From: Azolla caroliniana
Lineage: Eukaryota; Plantae; Polypodiophyta
Direction: 5' to 3'
Assembly: GCA_043228905.1 (NCBI GenBank)
Contig: JBHGNT010000218.1
Coordinates: forward strand, 1-50,840
Length of the DNA stretch: 50,840 nt
Shown here: one piece after another, positions 25,800-35,875 of the stretch
How the letters are laid out: each line of letters starts with the position of its first letter
Numbering within the stretch: position 1 is the first letter of the stretch
Made by a program: the position numbers and the translations under genes
Notes under the pieces: model-generated
Told to the model about the DNA's origin: nothing
The model's database searches: none
What the model saw: only the letters and a program-made list of their open reading frames with translations

Positions 25800-26075
25800 T
25801 ATATCCTCGTGTATCCACGATGTATGGTTATGATGAAACTAAGAAGATGGCTTGGTCATACTATAACTCAATAGATACCTTCTTTTGACATTCTTCTAGT
25901 ATAAACCACAAATAATAATGACATATCCTCTTGTATCAACAATATTTGTAATTCTAAAACATAGAAGAAGGTTTGATATTACGAGGATCCATTGCCATGC
26001 TACCATATTTTTTTCATTCTTCTATTATGCTCCATGAAAAATATGGCATATCCTCTTACACCACCAACATTTGTG
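25800..26075. repeat. Degenerate ~120-bp triplication
   Basis: ATATCCTC.TGTATC.AC motif at about 25801, 25923 and 26048. Confidence 0.5.
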
Positions 26076-26289
26076 TCAAAGTGTTTTCTTTGTAATCATT
26101 GGGTGTTGATATGGGCTTTGAATCATCCTTAAGAGATTGTCATTTGCATGTGGGCGATTGCCAATGTTGGGCTTCCATTTGGATGGTTTCTTGAGAGGCT
26201 TAACAGTTGAGGACATCAAGTGTGTATCAAACATTTGATATGAACACGAGAGATTTGAGTAGACAAAATCAACGAGTATATGGTGGTCA

Positions 26290-26985
26290 TTGAATGTGAA
26301 ATCCAACTTGTGTGATTGAGATATGAGACAACTGGTCCAATGCAATCAATGAGTATGCAACAACTATTGCTTGCCAATCCATGCAATGTAGAGATGAGAC
26401 ATGTGATATAGTAATTCAATGGGTACACATGGAGGAAGAGGGGGGGGGGAAACAAGGAAACTCATTTGCCTCAATATATAAATGATTAGAGTGAAATTTA
26501 TAGCCCTAATAAAGTATTGCTAAATCCTTTCAAACATTCACAATGTTTATATTTTGCGGGGGGAAATTGAGGAACCTTTAAAAAATGTTGGTGATAAAAA
26601 AAAGGAGCCAAAGGTTTCCAAGATCTAGGGAGAGAAGTTGATAGTCTCACTTTTGCCCCGATGGAGTTAAGGCATCAATTTGATTTCGAGAAACTCAATG
26701 GGTGCACAAAGTGACCATTGAGCGTGAATCTAACTTGGGATTTAGAGATGAGAACTGATCTGATGGGAGTGGAGAAATGCAGCGGTTGGAAGTCATGGAG
26801 TGTGAATCCAACCTGCGATACTAAAAATGAGATGTCGAAACAATCAAACAAACTCAATTGGTACAATCAAGTGTGAATCCAAATTTAGATACGGAGAGTG
26901 CGCTGTCTATTTCTTGGGATAAACATAGATCTGATCGGACAAACAGGAAGTGTACCATTTGACTGCGAAATTCGAATCCAATCGA
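26290..26985. repeat. Degenerate repeats upstream of PPR gene (GTGAATCCAAC...GAGATGAGA)
   Basis: Motif at about 26296, 26724, 26801, 26871 and 26973. Confidence 0.5.
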
Positions 26986-27085
26986 AGTGTAATAAGTAAG
27001 GCAAAGGCTGCTATCTATACCACGTATCCCCTCCGTGGATTGAAGGAGGAAGGTTCTAACCTCAAGAAATGACCATCTTGATGCA

Positions 27086-29413
27086 ATGGCGAGCATGTCA
27101 TGGTGCCATTCTGCTCCTCCTTCCATGAAGGATCTCATCCTTACTTCTCAAGAGTGTAGAAACAGTGGTAACCTTTCAGACGCCAGAAGAGTATATATGC
27201 AGGTATGTGGTAAGGGTATGGAATGTCTACCACGTCTTGGAACGTTTCTTATCCCTATGTTCATAGAATGTGGAAGCACCCATGATGCTGTCCATGTGTT
27301 TCATAAGCTAAACGAGAGAAACGAGCTGCAATGGACCTCCCTTATACAAGGATTTGCTCAGTTGGGAGATCTTGATGCCTCTTGTACCATGTTTAAAAAC
27401 ATGTTGGATGATGAAAAAGTGTCTTATAGTAGTAACTCAACCTTATTTTGCTTGCTAAAAGCTTGTTCGAGATTGAAATGCTTGGAAAAAGGGTTTGAAA
27501 TCCATACTGAGATCATTGTGGAAGGGTTTGAGATAGATAGATATGTAGTAAGCACTTTGATGGATTTGTATGGGAAATGTGGTTGTTTTGTAGAAGCACA
27601 AGAGGTTTTTGATGAGCTTCCAGATCGTAATGTTGTTTCTTGGAATGTATTAATAGGAAGTTGTCTCGAGTTTGAATTCTCTCGGGAAGCTTTGAATTGT
27701 ATTGAACTCATGTACCTGGAGGGCATCTCTCCCAATGAAGTGACACTTTTTTACTCTATGAAGGGTTGTAGCAAAGTGTTGGATGTGAGCAAAGGCAAAG
27801 AGTTGCACTGCGAGGCTATTAAGAAAGGTTATGAGAATGATCCTTTGATAAGCAATGGTCTGGTTGATATGTATGCTAAATTCGGTTTATTTGAAGAGGC
27901 ATGGGAAGTGTTGATAGAGCTTCAGGTGCAAGATGTAGCTTCTTGGACATCATTGCTAGCAGGATATGTGGAACGTGGGCATCATGAGTATGTGCTTCAT
28001 TGCTTGGAAGAGATGAGACGAAGAGGCATATCTCCAGATGCCTTTACCTATGCTTGTGTCTTAAGAGCTTGTGGTAACATAGGAGAAATAGCCAAGGGTC
28101 ATGAGGTACATGGTTTGATACTCAAATTAGCACTCGAAAAGAATGCCTTTGTTTGTAGCTCTTTAGTGGAAATGTATGGAAATCTTGATTTTATTCCAGA
28201 ATCACAGCAAATATTGAATAAACTACAGACTAGGGATGTGGTTTCATGGAACACATTGATTGGATCATATGTGGACCAAGGACTTTGTGAAGATGCATTG
28301 AAGTGCTTTGAAATAATGCAGATTAAGGGTGTGTCTTCAGACGCGGTTACATATGTATGTTGTTTGCAAGCATGTATTCATATAGATGGCATTAGAAGAG
28401 GACAAGAATTACATTCCGAGATCTTACAAAAAGGATTTGAGGGAAACCCTAAGGTTGGAAACACATTGGTGGACATGTATGCAAAGTATGGTCAGATAGC
28501 TGAAGCAGAAAGAGTTTTTGATACACTATCGAGAAAAGATGTAGTCACTTGGACTGCATTGATGGCCGGATATAACGAGAATAGGGACATGGAACAAACC
28601 TTGCACTGTTTTGATCATATGTTATTGAATGGTGTGTCCCCGAATGTTGTTTCATGGAACACATTGATAGAGTGTTATGCAGATAAAGGAGATTTGGAGA
28701 AGGCTATTGAATTGTACCAACAGATGCAGGAACAAGGTTTGATTCCTAATGAAGTCACCTTTTCAAGCATAGTGAGGGGGTGTGGCAATACGTCATTAGC
28801 CATTCAAACAGGGCAAAAGGTTCATGCTCAAGTCTTAGGTGTAGGGAAAGTCGAAGGAAGCATGGGAAGAGCTCTTGTTGATATGTATGGTAAATTTGGA
28901 AGCATGATTGATGCTGAGAATGTGTTTAATGCATTGCATATTAAAAATTGCTTTGCATGGACTGCGCTAGTCATGGGTTATGCTCGCAAAGGAGAGGTTA
29001 AGCTTCTTTTTGAGTCATTAGAGGAGATGAATAGGGCAGGAATTGAGCCAGATGAGATCACATTTATCAGTATTCTAACTGTCTGCAGTCATACTGGTCT
29101 TCTGAATGTGGGACAAACCTATTTTGAGGTCATGAACTCAAAATTTGGCATATCTCCAAATATTGAACATTATAACTGCATGGCCGATCTACTTAGCCGA
29201 TCAGGTAAGGTGCGAGAGGCTGTGGCATTGCTGGAAAAACTAGAAATAGGACCTGACTTTGTGATGTGGAATACTATGTTGGGTGCATGTAGACACACTC
29301 AAGGCCATTCTGTGGTTGGTAGATTTGCCTTTGAATTATCAGTGGAATTAAATGTAGAGCATAGTGCAGCATATGCTTTGATGATGAACACATTCATGTG
29401 GGAAGATGTGTAA
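27086..29413 (+). CDS. PLS-class pentatricopeptide repeat protein with partial E domain, intronless, 775 aa
   Basis: Repeating P-L-S triplets (LVDMYAKxG..A..VFD.L..DVVSWN.LI; PD..T...L.AC), ending CSHTGL..HYNCMADLLSRSG..W.TMLGACR..AAYALMMN. Confidence 0.95.
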   Translation: MASMSWCHSAPPSMKDLILTSQECRNSGNLSDARRVYMQVCGKGMECLPRLGTFLIPMFIECGSTHDAVHVFHKLNERNELQWTSLIQGFAQLGDLDASCTMFKNMLDDEKVSYSSNSTLFCLLKACSRLKCLEKGFEIHTEIIVEGFEIDRYVVSTLMDLYGKCGCFVEAQEVFDELPDRNVVSWNVLIGSCLEFEFSREALNCIELMYLEGISPNEVTLFYSMKGCSKVLDVSKGKELHCEAIKKGYENDPLISNGLVDMYAKFGLFEEAWEVLIELQVQDVASWTSLLAGYVERGHHEYVLHCLEEMRRRGISPDAFTYACVLRACGNIGEIAKGHEVHGLILKLALEKNAFVCSSLVEMYGNLDFIPESQQILNKLQTRDVVSWNTLIGSYVDQGLCEDALKCFEIMQIKGVSSDAVTYVCCLQACIHIDGIRRGQELHSEILQKGFEGNPKVGNTLVDMYAKYGQIAEAERVFDTLSRKDVVTWTALMAGYNENRDMEQTLHCFDHMLLNGVSPNVVSWNTLIECYADKGDLEKAIELYQQMQEQGLIPNEVTFSSIVRGCGNTSLAIQTGQKVHAQVLGVGKVEGSMGRALVDMYGKFGSMIDAENVFNALHIKNCFAWTALVMGYARKGEVKLLFESLEEMNRAGIEPDEITFISILTVCSHTGLLNVGQTYFEVMNSKFGISPNIEHYNCMADLLSRSGKVREAVALLEKLEIGPDFVMWNTMLGACRHTQGHSVVGRFAFELSVELNVEHSAAYALMMNTFMWEDV

Positions 29414-30488
29414 CAATGACAATGATTTATCTTGACATTCTATGAAATTACAAAATATTTATGGAGTTCAGCCTGCCTATGCTTGGCACAAATGGCAACG
29501 TGGCCCACTATTAAGATGGAAGCCAAGTGAGAACATTGTTCGGCTTGTCACTACAGATGTCATTTGATAGTGATCACATTATAAGTCCAGCACCCTATAC
29601 TCACAGAGTACAAGTCATTTATGGGTAATTTGATCTTAATGGAATGGAAGGTTTGCTCTACGCACAGAGTAGAAGTCACTATATCCATTGGTGCATGAAT
29701 ATATCTCTATATGCATTTCAAATATCGAATGAAAAAGCCTCAACTGCAACAAAGTACATCGTGTCTTGAATTTGATCCACAATATGTTGGACTGGAACAA
29801 ATGACCTCACGTATTTAGTTTTCCAAGGATTAATACTCAAAGATACAAATACACACGATGGACATGAACTGTTGAAGAGATACTTGACAATAACTTCCTT
29901 AAGTTGATCCAATGCCATAATCAATTCTTTGGAGCTTATATTCTCCTCTTTCAATGTCTTATCTACTGGGAACATCCACATCTGTCTTAGGTCAAGGAGG
30001 GCTTAATTGAAACCTCTGCTGTCAAAATAAAATGACATTATTCTAAGGAATAAGTCCTTGTACAGACACGGTCTTGAGTAATGACACATCATCAACAACT
30101 GGAATTTCAATACTCCAACTTTTATACATCCGAAGGTGCGAAGGCAAACATGTGGAGTCTACATTAGACATACATAATGCGTTTGGGGACAAATGGCTCT
30201 TTTGGATTAGAAATAGATTAAATTTTAGATGATGCTTTGAAACACGTCTTGCTTTATGGCTAATCAAAGGGAGGTGCAACATGCAACATGAAGGGCAAGT
30301 TTTTGAGATCCTATGAGTAAATTTAATGCTTGTTTCATGGTTCACAAATCTCATGCAAAAATGGTTTCAAGCGGGAATGCATCCCGTGTTCCTAACTACC
30401 AATTCGTCAGCATGTGCCGATTGCATACAAACATGAAGAGAGTCACTACGGTAATATGGCCTTTAATTACATATTGAATACTTGGAAA

Positions 30489-30773
30489 CATAGTATGAAC
30501 CATACGTACCATACGTGCATTCGCATTCGCGAATGGTTAAATCATTCGCGAAAGAAAAACACCCTCAAAGAATGATAAATATCATACTTTTGGATTAACT
30601 ATTTATTATGAGGTAGATAAGCGTAAAAATGAAAAAAAAAACAAAAAAAAACATTAAAAAAATGGGAAAAAAACAAAAAAAAAACACAAGAATGTTAGGA
30701 TAACATTCGCATTCGTTTTCCAACGTAGGAAAACGAATGTTATACTAGACGAACACGAATTTTACGTACTATG
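30489..30773. mobile_element. hAT-type MITE, 285 bp, with 8-bp TSD CTTGGAAA
   Basis: CTTGGAAA at 30481-30488 and 30774-30781; termini CATAGTATG...CGTACTATG; internal CATTCG repeats and A-rich core. Confidence 0.85.
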
Positions 30774-31529
30774 CTTGGAAATGAGATGAATGGACTTGAC
30801 AATCATCTTTCCAAGAAGCAAATACTATGAAGTTTGATGCTTTGGACATAAGGGAGCCTGTAATTCTTAACATACCTCGACACAAATAAGATGAAGTTTA
30901 TTAAAACTTGATAGCAATTAGTATGCAAGAATCAAACATGAGACTTTTTTTGCCATGAACGCTTGGGTCAAGGGGTCTTAATAGTACGCATGTCCATGAT
31001 GTGATATCTGGCATTGTTTAAGAGATTTGAAAAGTGAATGTATTTGTTTTTGATAGAAATAGTACAAAATGTACAAAACCATCCTTATTGCACAAGTGTT
31101 AGGAAGATGTAAAACAAGCCAGATATGTTATTCGCTTGGCTAATTATGGTCCTGAAGGTTTTGATTGAATCCACTAAGGCTTTATTTGGGTTTATGAAAG
31201 TAAAAAAAATGTTTTCTTTTTTTATCAAGGGTATGTTGTTTCATTGAAGTTGTCATTGAAATCAATCTATCATAAGCAAAAAATGTACTTGGGGCACACA
31301 TAGTTGCAAACTAGAATGTTATGGTTCCCCATCAATCATTTAAATATCATTTATATTCTAGTATAGATGTCTATTTAAGAGACATTATTGAAATTCTGGT
31401 CTCTTATTCATGGGGCACTTTTGTTACTCTCTCCATTTAAAAACCCTTTAAATATAGTTTTCATTTACTAGTCCATATATTGTAGGATGTAGCTCCATTT
31501 AAGGAAATTCTAGGCTTACCTCTTGTATG

Positions 31530-31995
31530 AAGGGCATTAGGTATTATTGATATTCAACTACATTTGTGGATACTTTCGCGGAACTGTTGTTCATATCTTG
31601 TTTGCAAACAATCGATACGTATGGTACATACTATCAAATGTGACAATTGTTGTTGATATTTATGACGAATATTGTTGGTTCTTATTGTACATACTACCTG
31701 ATAGAGGGGTGGTGTTGATATTATCTCGTATATGAGAGGTAATTGACGTTTTTCCAACATTTTCCATTTTGTATATATACCACACAATGTGAAGAGTACA
31801 AATTTCTCGCAAGTAACTTTGGGAGGAACTTTCTATAATGAAAAATTAACTATGTGTGAGAGGTATTGTCAATAACTTGGGAGTATAGAACCAATATAAT
31901 CAATATGTATCGCCAAACGTGAAGGGTATCGTTGATATTTTCCAAATGTAGAAAATCTAAGGTCTATATCACCAAATAGGAAGGGTATTTAAGGA
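31530..31995. repeat. Degenerate repeats (AGGGTATTGTTGATAT-like) upstream of second PPR gene
   Basis: Motif variants at about 31540, 31647, 31705, 31860, 31921 and 31980. Confidence 0.4.
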
Positions 31996-32131
31996 AATAA
32001 AATTTTGCATACTAAAGAGCTCTGCTACAACAACATTAATCATCGGAATGGAGGAAAACAGGTGTTTTCGCGTTGCCTTTTGTATGCATTGTGCATCTGG
32101 ACATTAGTTCGTTAAGGGGGAAGCACAATCC

Positions 32132-34222
32132 ATGGCGTCTTCCTCACAAATTGGACTGTGGAATTCAACCATCAGAACATATCTTAGACAAAAGCAAACT
32201 TACTTAGCTTTGCAAAGCTTCCATCAAATGCTTCAAGAATCAGTTCTTGGGGATATGGATATGTTCATAAGTTTACTCTCTGCATGTGCAAACATGAATG
32301 ACATTAACCTTGGCAAGAAAACTCATGCTTGTATGTGTTTTGTTAATAATGCACTCAAGGATACAAGGGTAGGAAATGCTCTTGTTAACATGTACGGAAA
32401 ATGCGGTAGCATTGAAGATGCTCTCCACATCTTTGATATAATGCAACAAAGAGATTTAATCTCATGGTCTGCGATGGTATCAGTTTATGCTAAACATGGA
32501 CATGATAAAGCATCATTTCATATGTTTAGAAATATGCAAGAAGAAGGTATACTACCGAATCGGGTTACTTTTATAAGTGTTTTGTCTGCTTGCGCTCATT
32601 CTTCAGCTATAGTGGAAGGTAAAAGAATTCATTCCCGAATTATTCAATGTGGTGGTGATGTGGTTCTTGAAACTGCCCTTGTCAACTTCTATGGTAAATG
32701 TGGTAAATTGAATGATGCACAAGATGTTTTTGATAAGATGACTAATCAAGATGTAGTTGCGTGGAATGCCATTATAACAGTGTCAGTTCATGATAGTCAA
32801 GGCCAATTAGTATTTCACCTGTTTAATCAAATGCAATCAGAAGGTTTTAGACCTGATAGGGTGACCTTTACAAGCATGATCGATGCATGTGCCAACCATT
32901 TGCTTTTTGGAGAAGGTATGCATTTACATGCCTACATAATGGAAGAGGGATTTGATAAGGATATTGTGGTAGCAACAGGGCTGTTTGACATGTATGGTAG
33001 ATGTGGTAGTATTGAGGATTCTCGTAAGGTATTTGAAGAAATGCCAAATCGTAATGTTATCACATGGAATGCCTTGATTGCTGTTTATGGACAACATGGC
33101 CTGGGGAAGGAAGCTATTCACATTTTCACTGCAATGGAAGAAGAAGGCACGGTTACTGACAGTATCACTTTTATAAGCATTGTTGATGCATGTGCGAGTC
33201 TTTCAACACCATTGGAAGGTCAGCGTATGCATTCTTATACAATCACGAAGGGTTTTGATTCCGAACGTGTCATTGGAAATGCATTGATCAATATGTATGG
33301 GAAGCACAACAGACTAGATGAGGCTCAATATGTTTTCAACAAAATGCTAGAGTGGGATGTTGTTACTTGGACTTCTATGATCACAATTTATTCTCAAGAA
33401 GGGCGAAGCCGTGAAGCACTTCAAATCTTTGAAAAAATGCGTGATGCAAATGTAAAAGCAGACAAAGTTGCTTTTATAAGTGGTCTTGCTGCATGCACAA
33501 CTCATATGGCAATGGCAGATGGTAAGCAAATGCACGCTTATATCGATGATAGTGGAATTGAGATGGATATTAACATGGGGAATGCCCTTGTCACTATGTA
33601 TGCAAAATGTGGTAATGTAGATGCTGCACTTGGAATCTTCAATGAAATGCCAAATCAGGATTTAATTTCATGGAATGCTGTAATAACTGCATTTGCTCAG
33701 CATGGTTTGGGGAAAGAAGCTATCCAATTCTGCCAGAGAATGCACACAAAAGGCTTTTCACCAACTAAAGTTACATTTGTGGGTGTCCTTACTGCATGCA
33801 GTCATGCTGGATTGATTGATGAAGGTTGTTGTTTTTTTAAATGTATGGATGATTATAAGGGTATAGAGCTTGATGTAGATCATCAGGATTGCATGATTGA
33901 CTTGTTTGGACGATCCGGATGCTTAATAGAGTCTGAAATATTGGTACATAAAATGCCATTTCAGCCAACAGTTCTGTCTTGTTTAGCTTTGCTCGGATCT
34001 TGCAAACTTGTTTCCGATGTGAATAGAGGAGAATGCATAGCTCGGATGCTATATGAGTTGGACCCTAGTAATGCGGCTCCTTATGTGATGCTGTCAAATA
34101 TTTATGTTGCAGCTGGCAAGGAGGCTAATTTAAATGAATTACTAGATATGATTGATGTATTTGACTTGAGGCAGCAATTTGATATTCTTGATTGGGAGTT
34201 GCAAACACCAGTTTTTATCTAA
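32132..34222 (+). CDS. PLS-class PPR protein with E domain, no DYW, intronless, 696 aa
   Basis: Regular P-L-S triplets; ACSHAGLIDEG..CMIDLFGRSG..MPFQP..LLGSC..ELDPSNAAPYVMLSNIYVAAG. Confidence 0.95.
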   Translation: MASSSQIGLWNSTIRTYLRQKQTYLALQSFHQMLQESVLGDMDMFISLLSACANMNDINLGKKTHACMCFVNNALKDTRVGNALVNMYGKCGSIEDALHIFDIMQQRDLISWSAMVSVYAKHGHDKASFHMFRNMQEEGILPNRVTFISVLSACAHSSAIVEGKRIHSRIIQCGGDVVLETALVNFYGKCGKLNDAQDVFDKMTNQDVVAWNAIITVSVHDSQGQLVFHLFNQMQSEGFRPDRVTFTSMIDACANHLLFGEGMHLHAYIMEEGFDKDIVVATGLFDMYGRCGSIEDSRKVFEEMPNRNVITWNALIAVYGQHGLGKEAIHIFTAMEEEGTVTDSITFISIVDACASLSTPLEGQRMHSYTITKGFDSERVIGNALINMYGKHNRLDEAQYVFNKMLEWDVVTWTSMITIYSQEGRSREALQIFEKMRDANVKADKVAFISGLAACTTHMAMADGKQMHAYIDDSGIEMDINMGNALVTMYAKCGNVDAALGIFNEMPNQDLISWNAVITAFAQHGLGKEAIQFCQRMHTKGFSPTKVTFVGVLTACSHAGLIDEGCCFFKCMDDYKGIELDVDHQDCMIDLFGRSGCLIESEILVHKMPFQPTVLSCLALLGSCKLVSDVNRGECIARMLYELDPSNAAPYVMLSNIYVAAGKEANLNELLDMIDVFDLRQQFDILDWELQTPVFI

Positions 34223-35875
34223 GATAAAAAAAAGTCAGAAAATATTGATCAGTAAGGGAATATTCAGATGTCTGATTGGAGATGAAACAATCTTCGTAAT
34301 TTGCGCAACACTGCAGTAGCTGAGTTGAGATTGCAAAGAAAACATTGAATGAAGAAAGTGATTGATTATCTGAAACGAATGACTGCAGAGATATGTTGCT
34401 ACATACCATGTGATTTGGCTCCATATCTACGACAAGTGAAAATTATGAGTACCATTGGTGGAGGTATCTCACATTCACTAGTGTGGCAAAGAAAGAAATG
34501 TTGTGCTGTTACATGAAGAAGGCCAAACTGGTCAATGTGAATCTAAACTGATTGTGGAATTGCTTCAGTTCAGATATAGAGGAGTGATGCAAGAGCTGAA
34601 ATCAATACATGAATGAAACAAAGGATTTAAACCAATTTCAACATCTTATGCTAGTATCTTGAAGGAGGCCAAACTGAACCATAAGAATCCAAACCAATAC
34701 AACATATTTCAGTCCACATACATAAATGAACCACCTTGATGCAAAAGTGCTGACTCCAAAAAGGAGTTATGTATATGAGATACAACTGTTTGATAGAGCA
34801 TTGCAACAATCTCGAAAAGCAATACTCCGGTGATGCTGAGATAGCCTGGAATTTTCAGACCTCAAGTACAGACACCAACCTTTATGGACTGTCTATACTT
34901 CTTTTAGGATCATTGCTTTGCTGGATGTTCTCAGTCCTGTGCATATTTGGAATTTGGTGGGCTCAAAATCTCGTCTTCCCTATTTTCCTCGACAAAGAGG
35001 GAGGCTATTGTAAATGAAATTGAAACATGCTGGGTGTTCTTTCCTTAAAAAAACTCATCCTCCTGGTTGTGTTTGCAATTCACATATTGCAAAAGACATG
35101 AACACTCTATTCAAGTATTGTTGATCACACTTATCAAAAGCCATTTGGTTTAAAAAGAGAATGATCTTAAGCCATTTGATGCATGCAGACAGAATGATAG
35201 TCCTGATAAACATTTTTGTTCAGAAGCTATTCGGAGTGAAAAAGGTATTCTTCACAGAAAACTATTTTCTTTCCTCCAATCAATCCTTCAAATGTGAAAT
35301 CAGAAGCATTGTGTCCTCAGGGTATTATTTAACTGAAGATTTAGAACTTAGAAGATTATCTGTCTCAGCTAATCAGAACTGATAATAAGTACCCACCATC
35401 ACACTGAATTGGTTGACAAAATAGAAGGGCAAATGTACAATCGTTTGGTTTGCACTATTATATATACTCTAGGGCACAACTTGACGAAAACAAAATTCTG
35501 CTCTAAGAAGTTCGCTCTTTACTTTTTACATCAAAATCCTGCTCAAGCACATTAACCTATGACTTAGCTACACAAAGACACTACCTGCTCAAGCATATCA
35601 TTCCACGCCTTTACATTAGCTAGGCAATGAGATATAAAAAGAGATAAGAAGCACTGCATTAAAATAAAAATAAATAAATATCCAATTGAATTATCTGGAA
35701 AATAAAATATAACGAGTATAAGTGGAACCATAACCTTGTTTATGGCATCACAAACAAGAGCATAAAAAAATTAAGAGTTAATGCTATTAGCTAATAGCAA
35801 GACAGGTTTAAAGGCCCAGTACAAAATGAACTAATTATCCATAGCATTTGATAATCACTTTTTTCTCCAACGGTT

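Noticed and set aside
29700-31050. Possible decayed transposase/RT flanking the MITE
   Set aside because: It looks coding-like, but I could not read a diagnostic motif in any frame; needs tblastx against a TE library.
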